Source: Octopus bimaculoides (lineage: Eukaryota). Taken from it: a stretch of DNA of 63,058 nt. The DNA lies in NCBI RefSeq assembly GCF_001194135.2, contig NC_068983.1, positions 87,843,280 to 87,906,337 on the forward strand, read 5' to 3'. The notes under the pieces are model-generated. The model was not told the origin of the DNA, searched no databases, and worked only from the letters and a program-made list of their open reading frames with translations. Shown here piece by piece: positions 13,332 to 29,452 of this stretch. How positions within the stretch are numbered: the first letter of the stretch is position 1; every line of letters begins with the position of its first letter. The translations under genes and the position numbers were made by a program.

Positions 13332-13587
13332 TTGTCTCAGTCAGTGTCTCATCCTGCCCAGTGGGCAATCAAATATTGCTAGTGGGATGTATGTATGCAT
13401 GTATACGCGTCTGTGTACGAGTATGTGTACGTGTGCGCGCGTGTGTGTGTGTGTGTGTGTATTTGTACATGAACGTTATGATCTATGTTTATGCTTATGT
13501 GTGTGTCCTGTGAATACGTATATTTCTAGATACATATCTCAATGTGTGGCTTCATACATATCTGTTTAAATGCGTATGCTTTTGTAG

Positions 13588-13636
<49 letters not shown>

Positions 13637-13899
13637 CGTTCGCGCGTGCGTGCGCGCGCGCGTGTTTCTGTGTGTGTGTATGAGTGAGTGAATGAGTGTG
13701 AGTGCATCTGAGCATGCGTATGTTGTGTGCGTGTTCTGCTTCTACGAGTGTATATGTCTGTGTGTGTGTGAATGTATTAATGTATTTGTTACAAATACGA
13801 TCATATATGTGAGTGCACTGTACGTTTGTATTAGTTTATTTGTATGACTGCTTATGCATATCTATAAATGAGTAGATGTATATAGGTGCGTACACACAC

Positions 13900-14130
13900 T
13901 TCTTTTACACGTTTCAGTCACTTCACTGCGGCCCTGAGGCACCGCCTTCAAAGGTTTTAGCCGAAGAAATTGACTCCAGAGCTTTTTTTTTTTAAGCCTA
14001 GTGCTTATTCTATCTCTTTTGCCGAACCGCTATGTTACAGGGGCATAAACATACCACCATTGGTTGCCAAGCGATGGTGGGGAGACAAACACAGACACAA
14101 AAACACACATAAATATACATATATACATAA

Positions 14131-14201
<71 letters not shown>

Positions 14202-14756
14202 CGCATATATACATACGTATATGTACATACTTACATCTATACGTATATATATATATATACGCATATATAGGTACAGGTCGTCATGAAACATGTACAACAA
14301 AAAAATATTAAGTACGAGTACATGGAATATGAACTATTTTTTCGATCAACGAAAGACACAAATGGAAAACAAGACAAACAACATAAAGAACGACCATTCA
14401 TCAGATGTTGGGTATTTTTCTACTCTCGTATTTCGAGCATTTAAAAACAATATACGCTTTCGATAAAACAGTTGCTCCCGTAAAGCAAAGTAAATAAAAT
14501 TTGGGATCTTGCAGGCGGTCAAAATTGGTAACACAAACAGGAAAGGCTACTAAGCCTAAACGAGGTTGTGGTGAAACACAATTTAGGAGAAGAAAGAAAG
14601 GCGGCATTTATACAGATATATATGAAGCCATTCATTGAGACCACGTATATAGAAATATACGTCTTCACCGAAAGACACACATATAAGCACAAACACAGAT
14701 CATTACATTCATGTACAAATACACACACAAACACGTACACATACTGGTACATAGAC

Positions 14757-14802
<46 letters not shown>

Positions 14803-14936
14803 GGCGGGATTCTTTCAGTTTCCCTCTACCAAATCTACTCACAAAGATTTGGTCAGCCCTAGGTATCACACAGTGGGACTGAACCTGAAACCATGTGGTT
14901 AGGAAGCAAACTTTTTACGACACAGCCACGCCCGCG
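13900..14936 (-). mobile_element. SINE A split into tail (13900-14105) and head (14800-14936) by expanded microsatellite and a nested repeat
   Basis: Both halves align to 1664-2072 in the same orientation and order. Confidence 0.75.
14265..14610 (-). repeat. Same pLTR-like family, nested inside SINE A
   Basis: Aligns in reverse orientation to 34850-35165 (TTCATCAG..., TTTCGAGCATT, ACAGTTGCTCCC, TAAAATTT.GGAT). Confidence 0.6.
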
Positions 14937-15799
14937 ATATACACACATTTACACTTACACATACCCANNNNNNNNNNNNNNNNNNNNNNNNNNNNNNNNN
15001 NNNNNNNNNNNNNNNNNNNNNNNNNNNNNNNNNNNNNNNNNNNNNNNNNNNNNNNNNNNNNNNNNNNNNNNNNNNNNNNNNNNNNNNNNNNNNNNNNNNN
15101 NNNNNNNNNNNNNNNNNNNNNNNNNNNNNNNNNNNNNNNNNNNNNNNNNNNNNNNNNNNNNNNNNNNNNNNNNNNNNNNNNNNNNNNNNNNNNNNNNNNN
15201 NNNNNNNNNNNNNNNNNNNNNNNNNNNNNNNNNNNNNNNNNNNNNNNNNNNNNNNNNNNNNNNNNNNNNNNNNNNNNNNNNNNNNNNNNNNNNNNNNNNN
15301 NNNNNNNNNNNNNNNNNNNNNNNNNNNNNNNNNNNNNNNNNNNNNNNNNNNNNNNNNNNNNNNTATATATATATATATATATATGTACATACACATATAT
15401 ACGTACATATGTGTGCATACACACACACACAGAAGTATAACATGTCTGCAAATAAGTGTTCTGGACGAGATGTACAATGTATGTGATTGTGTGACTGTGT
15501 GTGCGTTTGTGATTGAGTGTGTGTGTATGTGTGTTTGTGTGTGTTTGTGTGTGTGAGTGAGTGTGTGCGTGTATGTGTGTTTGTGTGTGTGTGTTTGTAT
15601 GTGTGTGCGCGCCTAAGTGTTTATAGTGTCTTAGGTTTCATAATTGTACGCTGTAGGCTAGAGTGAAAACGCTTTGCGATGCTGGACATTCTGAGTTCAA
15701 ATCCGAAAGAATTCCACTTTGCAAGTAGTTCACAAGTACCAGTTTGTACAAAATACATGCACTGAAGTACATGAATCGATTTGATCGTTTATTTTTCTC

Positions 15800-17560
15800 C
15801 AAAATGTCGCCTTCAGTCAGTGTGATAAACGTTTTATTATCATAGTTGTGTTGGACGATTGTGTCTTTGTATTCGCTTCTATCACAAATGTGGATTGTTT
15901 ATTCTCTAGGTGACCTTTTTGTTGAGTTATATTTTGAGGTTCATGTATCAGTTATGTATTCAGTCACAGGAAGAAGTTTCCATACCCTTTAGAAGTCTTC
16001 TCAAACTACGAAGAACTAGGTGGTTTATGTCTATGTGTGGATGTCAATAAGAAAATTTAAGAATGAAAGGAATGACAGAGGCTTGCAGTTCTGTGAAGTA
16101 AGGATTGAATTAGAGTATTTAGTTTAGGGTTTGGATTTAAGCATAAGTTAAACAAGTTACAGCTTGGGTTCTCACAATCTGCGGAGCCTAAAAATATTTA
16201 AACGGTATATATGTTGTGAATTTTTGAGAAAACCTCTGAAGTGATTTTAACCACGATCTTCCGTGCGTCATAAAGTTTAAGTCTGGCATTCGCTGGAATT
16301 GAGATGGTAGATATTCTGTTAAAGAGAAGTTGTTTATATTTGTCTCTGCATACAGAGCAAGCAAAAGTTTTTAGATTTATATTTTAGTTTATAACATATA
16401 TAACAAAATCATGACAAAACACTGTCGACACATCAGTGAAATCCCAATTGTTGAATAACGAGAAGAGTGACATACATTCGTTGAAAGAGGAGGTGGAGAT
16501 GGTTCATAATTCGCAAGTTCACAAGAACGGATGCCACTGTACCCATGGAAGAAAGAAGGACAGGGAAGTAGCTATAGAAGAAAGTGCTTTGAGTTGTATA
16601 TTTTTTCATGCAGTGCCCTTTCCATATGTATCTTAGTTGGACAGAGTTGAAGTAGTTTCTCATTGAAACTTAATGGTTTGTTTACAGATATAATAATGTC
16701 ATATGTGTGTTGTCAGCCTGAAGTATCAACAGAGATTGACCGCTTGCGTTTGCAGTGGCGACTTGTGGGAGCTTCAGTCGTTGGTAGTTCACATGTTGGA
16801 AGAACTTGCCGCTTTTTACTGTTGCAAAAAGACTCGATTGTCACATCCTCATCGAAGGTTTTCAAAATCCACGTTTATTGTAGATATTGCAGGAGGCGTC
16901 TACGTTTATACAGACGATGATTAGAGCNNNNNNNNNNGGGGGGGGGGTTCAAAATCATTTAGATTGTGATTATCTACATGTCTGTTTGATGGCGTTAGGA
17001 GTTACACTTAGAACTTTGTTATCGTACAATATGATCTCAGAATATTAGGATAGATTCTTGTAGACAGAATGATTGAATAGTTTGGTGAGGGTAAGAACTA
17101 GTTCCGGTGTCTAGTGTCTGTGGGTAATGTAAGGAAAGTTGGTCACTTTAAGCTGGAGTAATGACAGGAATGTTTTCGCACATGTAAGGTAAGTGGAGGA
17201 AAATTTGAAGATTTTATTGTCTCAGTGTGTGATCTCATTTCCATAAGTGAGGTTAAGAAAGTAATCACGGTCGACGAGCAGCGGTGGCAGAAAGGACTCG
17301 CCTTCGTTTGTAGAGTTCTTATTAGCAAAGGATTTGAAGATCCAGCTAAAACGAGAGATGCAAGAAAGATGTTTCTTCCTTTTTTATCACAATAATGGCA
17401 CCAGATATTCTCTCTTACAAAACTTGGGATCCCCTTTTGCCCTGTTATGTGCTATGATTTGGTATTCAATTCTAACAAGTTGAGCATTGCTTTTCATTTT
17501 GTAGTGGCTATCTTGTCTGTTTAACAAACACGTAGTTTAGAACTCACATGTGTCTGACTA
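15800..17560 (-). mobile_element. Highly degraded Penelope-like element
   Basis: Scattered minus-strand motifs: TYGKGTA (~GTAMG) and IPFILKFSY*HPHIDINHLVLRSLRRLL..METS, resembling the PLE RT-EN linker. No intact ORF. Confidence 0.4.
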
Positions 17561-19720
17561 TTTTGCAGTTTATTAATAATCAGAAATCTTTCCCCATCGG
17601 CCACTGGAATAATACCATTATCTCTAAACAGGTAAGTATAGAGAAAGTGGTATTACCATAGTCCATGAAAAAATGAATTGATATATATATATATGTGTGT
17701 GTGTATACATTCATTTACACAAAAACACACCTATATNNNNNNNNNNNNNNNNNNNNNNNNNNNNNNNNNNNNNNNNNNNNNNNNNNNNNNNNNNNNNNNN
17801 NNNNNNNNNNNNNNNNNNNNNNNNNNNNNNNNNNNNNNNNNNNNNNNNNNNNNNNNNNNNNNNNNNNNNNNNNNNNNNNNNNNNNNNNNNNNNNNNNNNN
17901 NNNNNNNNNNNNNNNNNNNNNNNNNNNNNNNNNNNNNNNNNNNNNNNNNNNNNNNNNNNNNNNNNNNNNNNNNNNNNNNNNNNNNNNNNNNNNNNNNNNN
18001 NNNNNNNNNNNNNNNNNNNNNNNNNNNNNNNNNNNNNNNNNNNNNNNNNNNNNNNNNNNNNNNNNNNNNNNNNNNNNNNNNNNNNNNNNNNNNNNNNNNN
18101 NNNNNNNNNNNNNNNNNNNNNNNNNNNNNNNNNNNNNNNNNNNNNNNNNNNNNNNNNNNNNNNNNNNNNNNNNNNNNNNNNNNNNNNNNNNNNNNNNNNN
18201 NNNNNNNNNNNNNNNNNNNNNNNNNNNNNNNNNNNNNNNNNNNNNNNNNNNNNNNNNNNNNNNNNNNNNNNNNNNNNNNNNNNNNNNNNNNNNNNNAATA
18301 ACAATTACTGGGGTCGATTCATTTGACTGAGAATTCTTCAAGACGGTGCACCAGCATGGCCACAACTGAAACAAGTAAAAGACAAAGTATTGCACAGAGA
18401 GGTCAATAGAACTGAAACTATATTTAGCTTAATATTAAAGGGAAGGGAAAATATTAACTTCATGACTGGCTGCACATGTAACCATTTTCAGCTAGAAGTG
18501 CTGAGGTGAATATACAAATAAACCAGTAATAGGTTCATGGCTACAACATATTTCATTACTAAAAATTTACAATGAAAATAATATGAGTAATATGACATTT
18601 CTTACTTCAACAATATGGTACGATGCTGGTGAGGATAAAAAATAGAGACAAGCTAGATCAGTGCTAGGTATTTTCTTACTGAAGTTAGGTTTTGTGTGGT
18701 AAGAGTGCAAATGATACAAACTAATAACTTTTCTTGTGTATATATATTAATTTCTTATAGTTTGGTATCACCCATGACATCTCCCCTAATTATCAACTCA
18801 TTACAACATAACAATTGATCTTAACACAATAACCACTTTCTAATCCCTCATCACATTTTTATGCGCTTTATCTTCTTTTTCATGTACTAAGAATGTCTGG
18901 TGGATACTCACTCATTGTATCGTTAAGTCATTTTATTCACCAATTACTCGTTAATACACTGAATTTAACTTTAACTTTAGAACCTTTAGTCTGAAAATGG
19001 ATAAATGTGTCACTAAAAACAGTTAATCTTACCGCTTTTCTTAGCATAGACAGTGTATTACACCTCACACAGACTTTCTAAACTAAGCATATGCAACATT
19101 AGAGAATATGAAGAGCTCAATATTAATTTGGGTAACAGACTTTCCAGTCGTTTGTTCAACTAAACATGCAGAAACGAAAGACTATACTCCAATTACTGAA
19201 ATATGAGTGTTTTTATGTGTTTGGATGTAAGTGCATATATAGCCGTTGTATTGCCATAGACACAACAAATATAAAACCTGTTATTTTTCCACTGAACTAT
19301 TGGCAAAAGATATATTGGTAAAAGAAGTGTGATTAGATCAGCTAAGATACAAAACTATAGCAATTGACACTTTAGAAAAAAGTTCAGTGATTTTATTATG
19401 TATAAACGGATTCTCACTCACAAAGTTGCTTTATTCACTGAATGTGAACGACTATTCGATTTTGTATTCCTGCCAAAAAGGCGAAAAAGAGAATAAAACT
19501 TGATTAATAACTAGTACTTATAAATAACATTTACTTATAAACTTTTTTTTGGTCTTTTCATTGAGAAATTTGTTATAGTTGTATTGTTGTATCATCCCAG
19601 TACGTATGTGTATATGTATATATTTATATGTGTATGTATATCTGATATGTGTATGTGTGAAAATATGAATAAAATCGCACTGAAGTCACCAAGCATTGAG
19701 TGTAGTGACACAAATGAACA

Positions 19721-19751
<31 letters not shown>

Positions 19752-21297
19752 TTGTGTTTACGTATCTGGTAGCTTGACTAAATATAAGTATGACGTGTGT
19801 ACTATATCAATTTGGCAAGATTGCTCTCTCTCTCACACACACACACAGACACACACATACACACACGTATATGCATGTATGTATATAGACACATATATAC
19901 ACATGTATGTATGTATGTATTATGTATGTATGTATGCGTATGTCTGTGTGTTTATGTGTAGTGTGCGTATTATAAGAGTACAGAGCAACTAGGTCATTCC
20001 AATGTTGTATCTCAAAAAACTTCCTGTAAAGTGTACATGTGATCCTCAGCACAACCCATTACATTCTCTAAGCCATGGTTGCTGTTATCGATGTTTATTC
20101 CCCAAGTCATCCATAGTCGAACGGATCTATAATCAAGGGCATTCTAGCTGTGACAATGCCCTGTTTACCCCAGATACTTTCACAGAAGACAAAATTATCC
20201 AATGTCCTTTTCTGTGAGGTTAGGTGTTTGATTCGAAGAGGATTTAGCTGTTATTTATAGGTGTTTGGAAGCCTATAAATAGCGCAGAATCCCTCAGTTG
20301 AGAGTATCTATCTCCTGTTTAGTTGGGAAACAGAAGCAAGTTCTTTTAGGTTCGATCTTTAGTATTGTTTTCTACAAATAAACATCAAAATCCTCGTGAT
20401 TTGTTTCTTTTTCGTCTTGTTTTTACTTATCCCTAATGACAAGCTAATGACATCTTTTGAAATCATAATGGCACCTAATAGGAGCTGGTGAGGATGATGA
20501 TTATGACAGTTAGACAAAACGGGGTGGGGGCGTTTGTTTTTGCTTTATGCAACTTTGTTTCAAATAAAGCTTGGGGCCACAGTAGCGTAAGGCACTACAA
20601 AGACGGTGAAAGAAGGGGTCTACAAAATTCGAAAAATGTCGACTGGCACAAAGCTAACTGAATATCATGGACCAGATGAAAACAAAACGTTGTACAAAGC
20701 AATCGCCTGGGGGTTTATAATGTAAAAGAGTTTAAGGACAGTTGACGCGGAGGTAACCACGTTGGCTCGCCTAGATTTCTGTTAAACATTGTAATGTCTA
20801 AAATGATCACTAATGCAGTAAAGTGTCTGTAAAACTTATCACTATAGTACAGGTTATACAAACACGTTCAATAGAGTGTGGTGTCTATATTGTTTTCCAG
20901 TGAAATTCAAATACTGTAGACTTCTCTAGTGCAGTAAAGCTTTTGGTGCAGTATCTTCAGCTGACGACAGTAACTGAATGTGTGTGTATATATGTGTGTG
21001 TGCGTGCGTGCGTGTGTGTATGTGTGCGCGCGCACGTGTACATGTATGTATGTGTGTGTTTGTGTGCATGTGTGTGAACATGTAGCTGTTGATTTCAAGA
21101 GGACTCAGTGCGAGTTACATTGACAACTCAAGAGCGAATTGTTATATTTTACAGAATTGTTGCTTTATCTTCATTTTCATTAAGCTCTCTCAAAGAAAAC
21201 ATTTTCTATCTGTAAATGCATAAAAGTAATTTAATAAGATTTCTTTGGAACCCAAACGTTTGGAACAAATAAAACACAAGGCCATTCACACTCCACT

Positions 21298-21360
<63 letters not shown>

Positions 21361-21480
21361 CTTTGTGCTTATGAGGAAACGTGGAAAGTTTCTACCTTGC
21401 TCCCAGTTAGAAATCTATGATAGTGGTTGACTGTGGAAAATTGTCCCCAAACCGGTGGTGGGGGACAACTCAGAAACGAA

Positions 21481-21517
<37 letters not shown>

Positions 21518-22379
21518 GACGGGCGTCTTTCAGTTTCCGTGTACCAAATATACAAAGACATAAAAAATGACTTTAAAAAAAAACGTAAAAATTCATGTAG
21601 AAAAGTTTTTATTAACCGTGATAAACGCCTTTCCTTTTTCTCTTTCTCTTTTTGTTCTATTTTTCTTTGTTCTCTTTTTCTCTTTCTCATTAATGTCTTG
21701 GATCCTGTAGCAATTCAATCTATCTCCATTCCTTGGATATATTTTTTCTTGTTCTTTTTATACATCTTTTCATAAACGTTTTTCATATGCCTATCTTTAT
21801 ACACATATATAGAGAGAAAATTATTTTATTCTAACTCTGGGAGGGGTTTCTCACCCCAATCAAACCCTTGAATTCATTTCTTATTCACGTTTCTGCTTTT
21901 TCGTTGGTAATGCTTTTCTGTGTGTAAATGTTGTCCCAAATATAATTATACTTCTTGTTTGAAGCACCAACGAAGCTATAGGGTAATATTCAGTTGCTTG
22001 ACCTTAACCAAATGAGTATGTCCCTTAGTGGTTGACGATATGTGCATCTCTGATTACGGACAGAAGTAGTTGGGGAGCATGGCTGTTTCGTTCATCATCC
22101 TTAAACAAACCTTATTCAGGGATCTTCTGAGCGGGATGGGCTACTCAATCTCAAGAAAATTCTAACAGGGCCCCATCTGCAAGGTCATGCACTGTTTATT
22201 TTGATATGAGATCACTATGTCGCGCACATGTGGTTGTGATGCATGTGCCTGGCGTACATTTATTAGACGGGTATTCACGATGGGTATATTGGGCTTCGTA
22301 TATTTATACCCCAGTGTCACTTTGATGACATTCGCTGCTCTCTCACAGAATAGCAACGAGGAGGAGGAGAGAGAGGAGG

Positions 22380-23484
22380 AGCCAAGTGTATGAAAACCCA
22401 TGCTGAAACTGCTGCTTTAGATATTATTACTGATAAATGGCAAAAAGCACCTCTCAATGGCAAATACCCAAAGAGACTTAATAATGCCGATGTTGACAAA
22501 GCCCTTACCCATCAACTGCTAGTGTCTTCTGGCTTAAATTCAGACGAGGGTTTATCATAGCAACCCAAAATCAATGCCTACCTACAAGAAGCTACCAGGC
22601 CAACATCATAAAGAACGGCAGTAGCCCAAAATGTCATGTGTGTAAGCAACAAAATTAAACAATTGATCATGTTGTCTCCATGTGCAGTCTTATTGCACCT
22701 ACAGAATATCTCAAAAGGCATGGTGGAGCTGCACAGTATATTCACTGGGTAATTTGTAAAGACGTGGACCCGCTCTTTGATAAAAACTGATGGGAACACA
22801 AACCACCGCCAGTGCTTGAAAATGACCACATCTTACTCCTCTGGAGCTTCACCGTTCAAACTGACAGAAAGATAGATGCATAGGCCAGATGTTATATTAA
22901 AGGACTTCAGACAAAAATCATGCCTCCTCATCGATATGACTGTACCAATCGAGATAAATGTATCTGTCAAGATCTATCAAAAACTGAGCAAGTATAAAGA
23001 TCTTGGAATAGAAATTAGCAAAATGTGGAACCTCAAGACTAAAACAATACCTGTTGTTATAGGTGGTTTAGGAATGGTAACAAAAGGGGTTGATACTACC
23101 TAGCTCAGATACCAGGAAACCCCAAAATGGCAGAATTTCAAAAAATAGTGTGCATGGGAACTGTCCCCATCCTACGTAAAATATTGTCGATGTAATCTCC
23201 CAAATATTTTAATCCGTAGACAGTGTCAAAATACTTTTAAATGTACATAACAGCAAACACCTTTTATCGTCGTCTTAACATCTCACTATCCTCGTATAAT
23301 CAGATTACTTTTAAAACAAACTTCTAATTTACTGATGTTTGATTGACATTCTCTAGAAATGTGCAAAACCAAATGTATGGCACCCTAGTCATAACACTAA
23401 CTTGAACTTCTAACTTGTTGTCCCTTGAGGTCTCTGGGTGAGACTTGGGGCCAACTTGTACAAATACAATGCAAAAGCCAAAAT

Positions 23485-23488
<4 letters not shown>
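22380..23488 (+). mobile_element. R4/Dong-clade LINE 3' fragment, same subfamily as 7567-8426, ending in (TAA)n
   Basis: High nucleotide similarity to 7670-8426, including the 3'UTR motif TGAACTTCTAACTTGTTGTC.CTTGAGGTCTCTGGGTGAGACTTGG. RLE motifs RPDVIL...LIDMT.P...KLSKYKDL.IEISKMWNLKT...IGGLG. Confidence 0.85.
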
Positions 23489-23556
<68 letters not shown>

Positions 23557-23585
23557 GCAATAGTAGCAGCAGTAGTAGTAGTAGT

Positions 23586-23652
<67 letters not shown>
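23489..23652. repeat. Compound trinucleotide array (AAT)n-(AGT/AGC)n
   Basis: Read directly from the sequence. Confidence 0.95.
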
Positions 23653-24945
<1,293 letters not shown>

Positions 24946-25078
24946 AACTACTACTACTACTACTACTACTTCTACTACTACTGCAGTAACAACAAATAAT
25001 AATAATGATAATAATAACAATAGTAATGACAATATATGTATGTATATATATATATGTATATATATTTATATGTATGTA

Positions 25079-25158
<80 letters not shown>

Positions 25159-26203
25159 CGTGCGTGCTTACATGTATGTATGTATATATGTATGCCCACA
25201 CACACATATACTGAAGTGGTTACAAACATTACTTATATATATATATATATATATATGCATACATATGAACGTAGAGCTTTCCATCAGCGCATAAACTACA
25301 GAAATTACACAAAACTACGACAACATGTTCACATACATAGGCTACACTTCAACGCCCACACACAACCTACAATAACCCACGAAAATACGCATACACAAAT
25401 AGATCAAACATGATAATATCTTTAGTTTCGTATCTAATTTTGTCCCCTGATGAAAATTAATTATATTTAATTAAATTATCGTTAATCTCCTATTCATACA
25501 CACACACACAGAAATGCTCTTATATCTATCCATATATGGATGTGTGTTTGTGTATGCGTTTCTCTATATATCTATACGCACACAAACACACGTACACACA
25601 CACATACACACACACATATACACACAATATACACACACGTACATATAAAATATACACATTCATTGTATATATGCATAAATGTATACATGTGTACAGTTTA
25701 ATCGACACCAAATCAAGTGCTGAAGTCTGATGTTTTCTTGAAGTTTGTTCTGGCAACTCTTGCGACAAACACTGGTGCCAATCAATTTGGACAAATGCTG
25801 GTCTTCCATAAAAAGTTGCCAAAGCCCTTGCCCTGAAAAATTCTTCTAACACACACTGGAGCAGGACTTTTCTGGTACAGCTACATATGAAAGTCAATAT
25901 TATATATTATGGATATAAAAATATCAGTCCAATACTAGAATCAGGTATTTCTCTCTCCCCCTCTCTTCTTCTCGTTCTCTCTCTTTCTCTTTCTAGGAAA
26001 TCGACTACTATAAAACCAAGAAAAGGATGGGCACTGCCAGTTTTAAAATGCCTAGGATATGCCGTATGTCAGGAGGGCACCTTGAGGATTGTATCACTAT
26101 AAATCCACTTAGACCGAGAGCCCAAAGAATATGTAGGGATGTACGCTCACGTGTGTGTGTGTGCGCGCGCGCGCGCGTATTTGCATATGTATGTATGTAT
26201 ATG

Positions 26204-26251
<48 letters not shown>

Positions 26252-26505
26252 GATAGAGAGATCTTGACTACCCACCTTCCCCAAATTTGTTGCCACGTTT
26301 CTGTATTGGAAATAAGTATTCTAGGTATGCATTATAGATGACTCTGGTCGTATGGTTCCTCCAACCCCACGAGAATGGACCACATTATATATGTGTGGGA
26401 TAGTTGTAATGATATATGTAGAAGTTCCAGTCGGTCAGATAGGTTAAAGTTTCATGATGCACATGCGTTTTCGGTGGCAGTGTTACAGCAGAATATATGT
26501 ATGTC

Positions 26506-26603
<98 letters not shown>

Positions 26604-27624
26604 TGTCTAAGATAACGATGTCACGTGTCACAAGTTATGTTGTACGATCAATTGATATAAAATGGATATTATGCCTTCATGCCGTACATGGACCAAGAGA
26701 CAAGTCAATGTAGTCTAACATGTCCCAAAAGAGAAATGAATGTGATCAGTAGTTAAGGATAAAGTTGACATCCCTACGAAGCCTGAGAGTTATTAACTCT
26801 AAGCTTTGCTTTCTGCTTAGAATAATAATACAAATATTTAATCTACCGTTCCAAATGATTTCCCCGATATAAACTTCATATTCAAATTTGAAATAGAAGC
26901 AGCACTAGTGTAATAATCATTGTCGACCACACACACACACCGTGTGTTTGGCGGTAGGCTGCGATTTGGAATGGTGGAGATTACTCCCGCAAAACGCTTT
27001 GAGGGGTATAATCTCCACCACGCCAAATCACAGCCTACCAGCCAACACATAGTGCATATACGTTAAGTATGTGTGATCTATGATAAACTTCATATGTTTC
27101 GTATAAAACATATACTAAGTTAGAAAAAGAAAACAAAAGAAATTTATATATTGCTGATGTAGCTCATTATGGTCAAGCACAAAACAGTAAGGGGAACGAA
27201 GAACAATCCTCACAAGTTGAGAAGAGATTATAATTAATGATCCTAGTTGTAAACTTTGCGGATACCGGTGTAAATATCTGTGAATATGTCGTGGTATTTA
27301 AATGTGCAAAAGCGTAGTAGTTCTGGTGTACTCGAGACGACGTAATTGAAGGTGGTACCTAATCATGGCTGCAGTTCAATGACTGAAATCAGTTAAACAG
27401 TAAGATCATAATATAGAATATTTTAAAAAGTTAAGTCGATATTGAAATTTATAAACATTTGCCATTTATTCTTCTTGAAATAAAAATATTAATGAACTTT
27501 AGGCACGATCAGATTGTAAACCTTGCGATATGATGGGAAGCGATAGCTGACTCTTTTGCTTCCAGTCACTAGTTTAGCTATTGTTCCTCTATCTTCTTGA
27601 ATTGTTATTTTCATGTGTATTACA

Positions 27625-27659
<35 letters not shown>

Positions 27660-28775
27660 CACAGTCAAAAATAAGTGCTTTTATATGCATAAAAACAACG
27701 ACGATTGATTGAATAACGGATAAGTGTGACGTCTAATATTGTGTGTATATGTGTGTGTGTGTGTGTGTGCGTGCGCGCGCGCGCGCGTGTGTGTACACGC
27801 ACGCGTGTGTATGTTTATAGTAACTGTACTATAGTGTAAATCTAATGTACTATTGTAAATTACAGCCGCCGCTACGAATGTAATTGTATACGTTGTATTA
27901 TTGCAACAGATTTATTCAATAGTACGTTTACAGCATAAAAAACAAACGGAAGGAAAAACACACTGCCCAGTGCATCGGTTATTAATTAATTTTATTTGCT
28001 GCTAGCAACTAACACTACTTATACAAATCAGGATTTTCGCTTTAGTGGGTTCCTAGTAGCAGTGACTATATCTCTAATGACAAGTAAAACAAAGGTATGC
28101 TATTCCTGATGGATGCCCCAAGTAGGACTCTGGTGAAATCTAGCCCTCTGTTTATGCCATAGCGAAATGTTGATGGATATGATTACACACAGTTTCATTT
28201 GCTGACTGCCACAATAGATGTATTCTGTACTACAATTAATTGAACTAGCGCTCAGCAATACGCTATTTATGCAAATCAGGATTTCCGGTTTAGAGAGGTC
28301 AATAATTGATACGACTCTCTCCCGGTCTCTTTCTCTCTTTCACTCTCTCTCCCTCTTTCTCTCTTTCTCTTTCAGTCTCTCTCCCTCTTTCTCCCTCCCT
28401 CTCTCTCTCTTTCGATATATGTGTGTGCGTAATTGTGCGTGTGTATATGTATATATATGTATGTATATATATATATATATGTATTTACATATGTATGTAC
28501 GCATATATGCAATGTCTCTATAAGTAGATAATAGACAAGTTCTATTGCAATATATTTACTGTCTTTCGCTAGTACAGTCCAAAAAGACCCCACTAGTATA
28601 TGAATAATATATGTTGCGCGCGAGCACGTTGTTTACACAGTGGCCTTGCATGAACCGCAACCTTACGGTCCGATACGATAGATCCGATAAAATTGCTCCT
28701 GAGGCGGACACAAACGACTAAACCTTTGAAAGCAGTGGTCGCAACCCAGTAACTAAAACCAGTAAAACTATACGC

Positions 28776-28808
<33 letters not shown>

Positions 28809-28814
28809 TCTATG

Positions 28815-29145
28815 TACGTTATCTTTTACCTTTGACTTGTTTCAGTCATTTGAACTGTGCTATGCTTGCGTTCCGCCTTGAAGGTTTTAATCGAAGAAAT
28901 CGACTCGAGTACTTATTATTTTTAAGCCTAGGACTTATTCGATCGGTCTCTTTATACCACCAGTTGTCAAACAGTGGGCGGATCAAATATAGACACAAAG
29001 ACACGCATAGCTATTCACGTCCATCGGGCTCCTTTCAGTTTCCATTTACCAAATTTACTCATAAGCCTGAAGCTATAGAAGAAGAAGCCGTAGCAAGGCG
29101 CCACGCAGTGGGACTTAATCCGAAACAAGTAATTGTGACGCAAAC
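28815..29145 (-). mobile_element. Degenerate SINE A
   Basis: CTTGTTTCAGTCATTTG...TAAGCCTAG...CTTTCAGTTTCC...CCACGCAGTGGGACT. Confidence 0.75.
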
Positions 29146-29419
29146 TTCCTACCACGCAGTCATTGGCTTCATATCGATTATATTGCTTATTTCGTATTTT
29201 TTTTTGTTTTACTTTTATTTCGATCTGTATTTGCGGAAACGATAAATTGCTGGATATAAAACAACATAAATACAGCCATGAACGCACACGCGAGTGACCA
29301 CATACAACGTACTTCCACACATTTTACAAACAAATTTTACTTACAAGATGTCGGCAACACAAGGCTATAGTAGGGGGCACTCGCACATGGTTCTGCGTTG
29401 GGAAATCGAATCTGGTAGC

Positions 29420-29452
<33 letters not shown>

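Noticed and set aside
25420-25480. CTGATGA with an AATTAA/TTAATT hairpin as a hammerhead
   Set aside because: The required GAAA after stem II is absent.
26048-26110. ATG CCT AGG (MPRI...) as a SNAG-domain first exon
   Set aside because: Only MPR matches. The FLVK core is absent and there is no convincing phase-1 donor.
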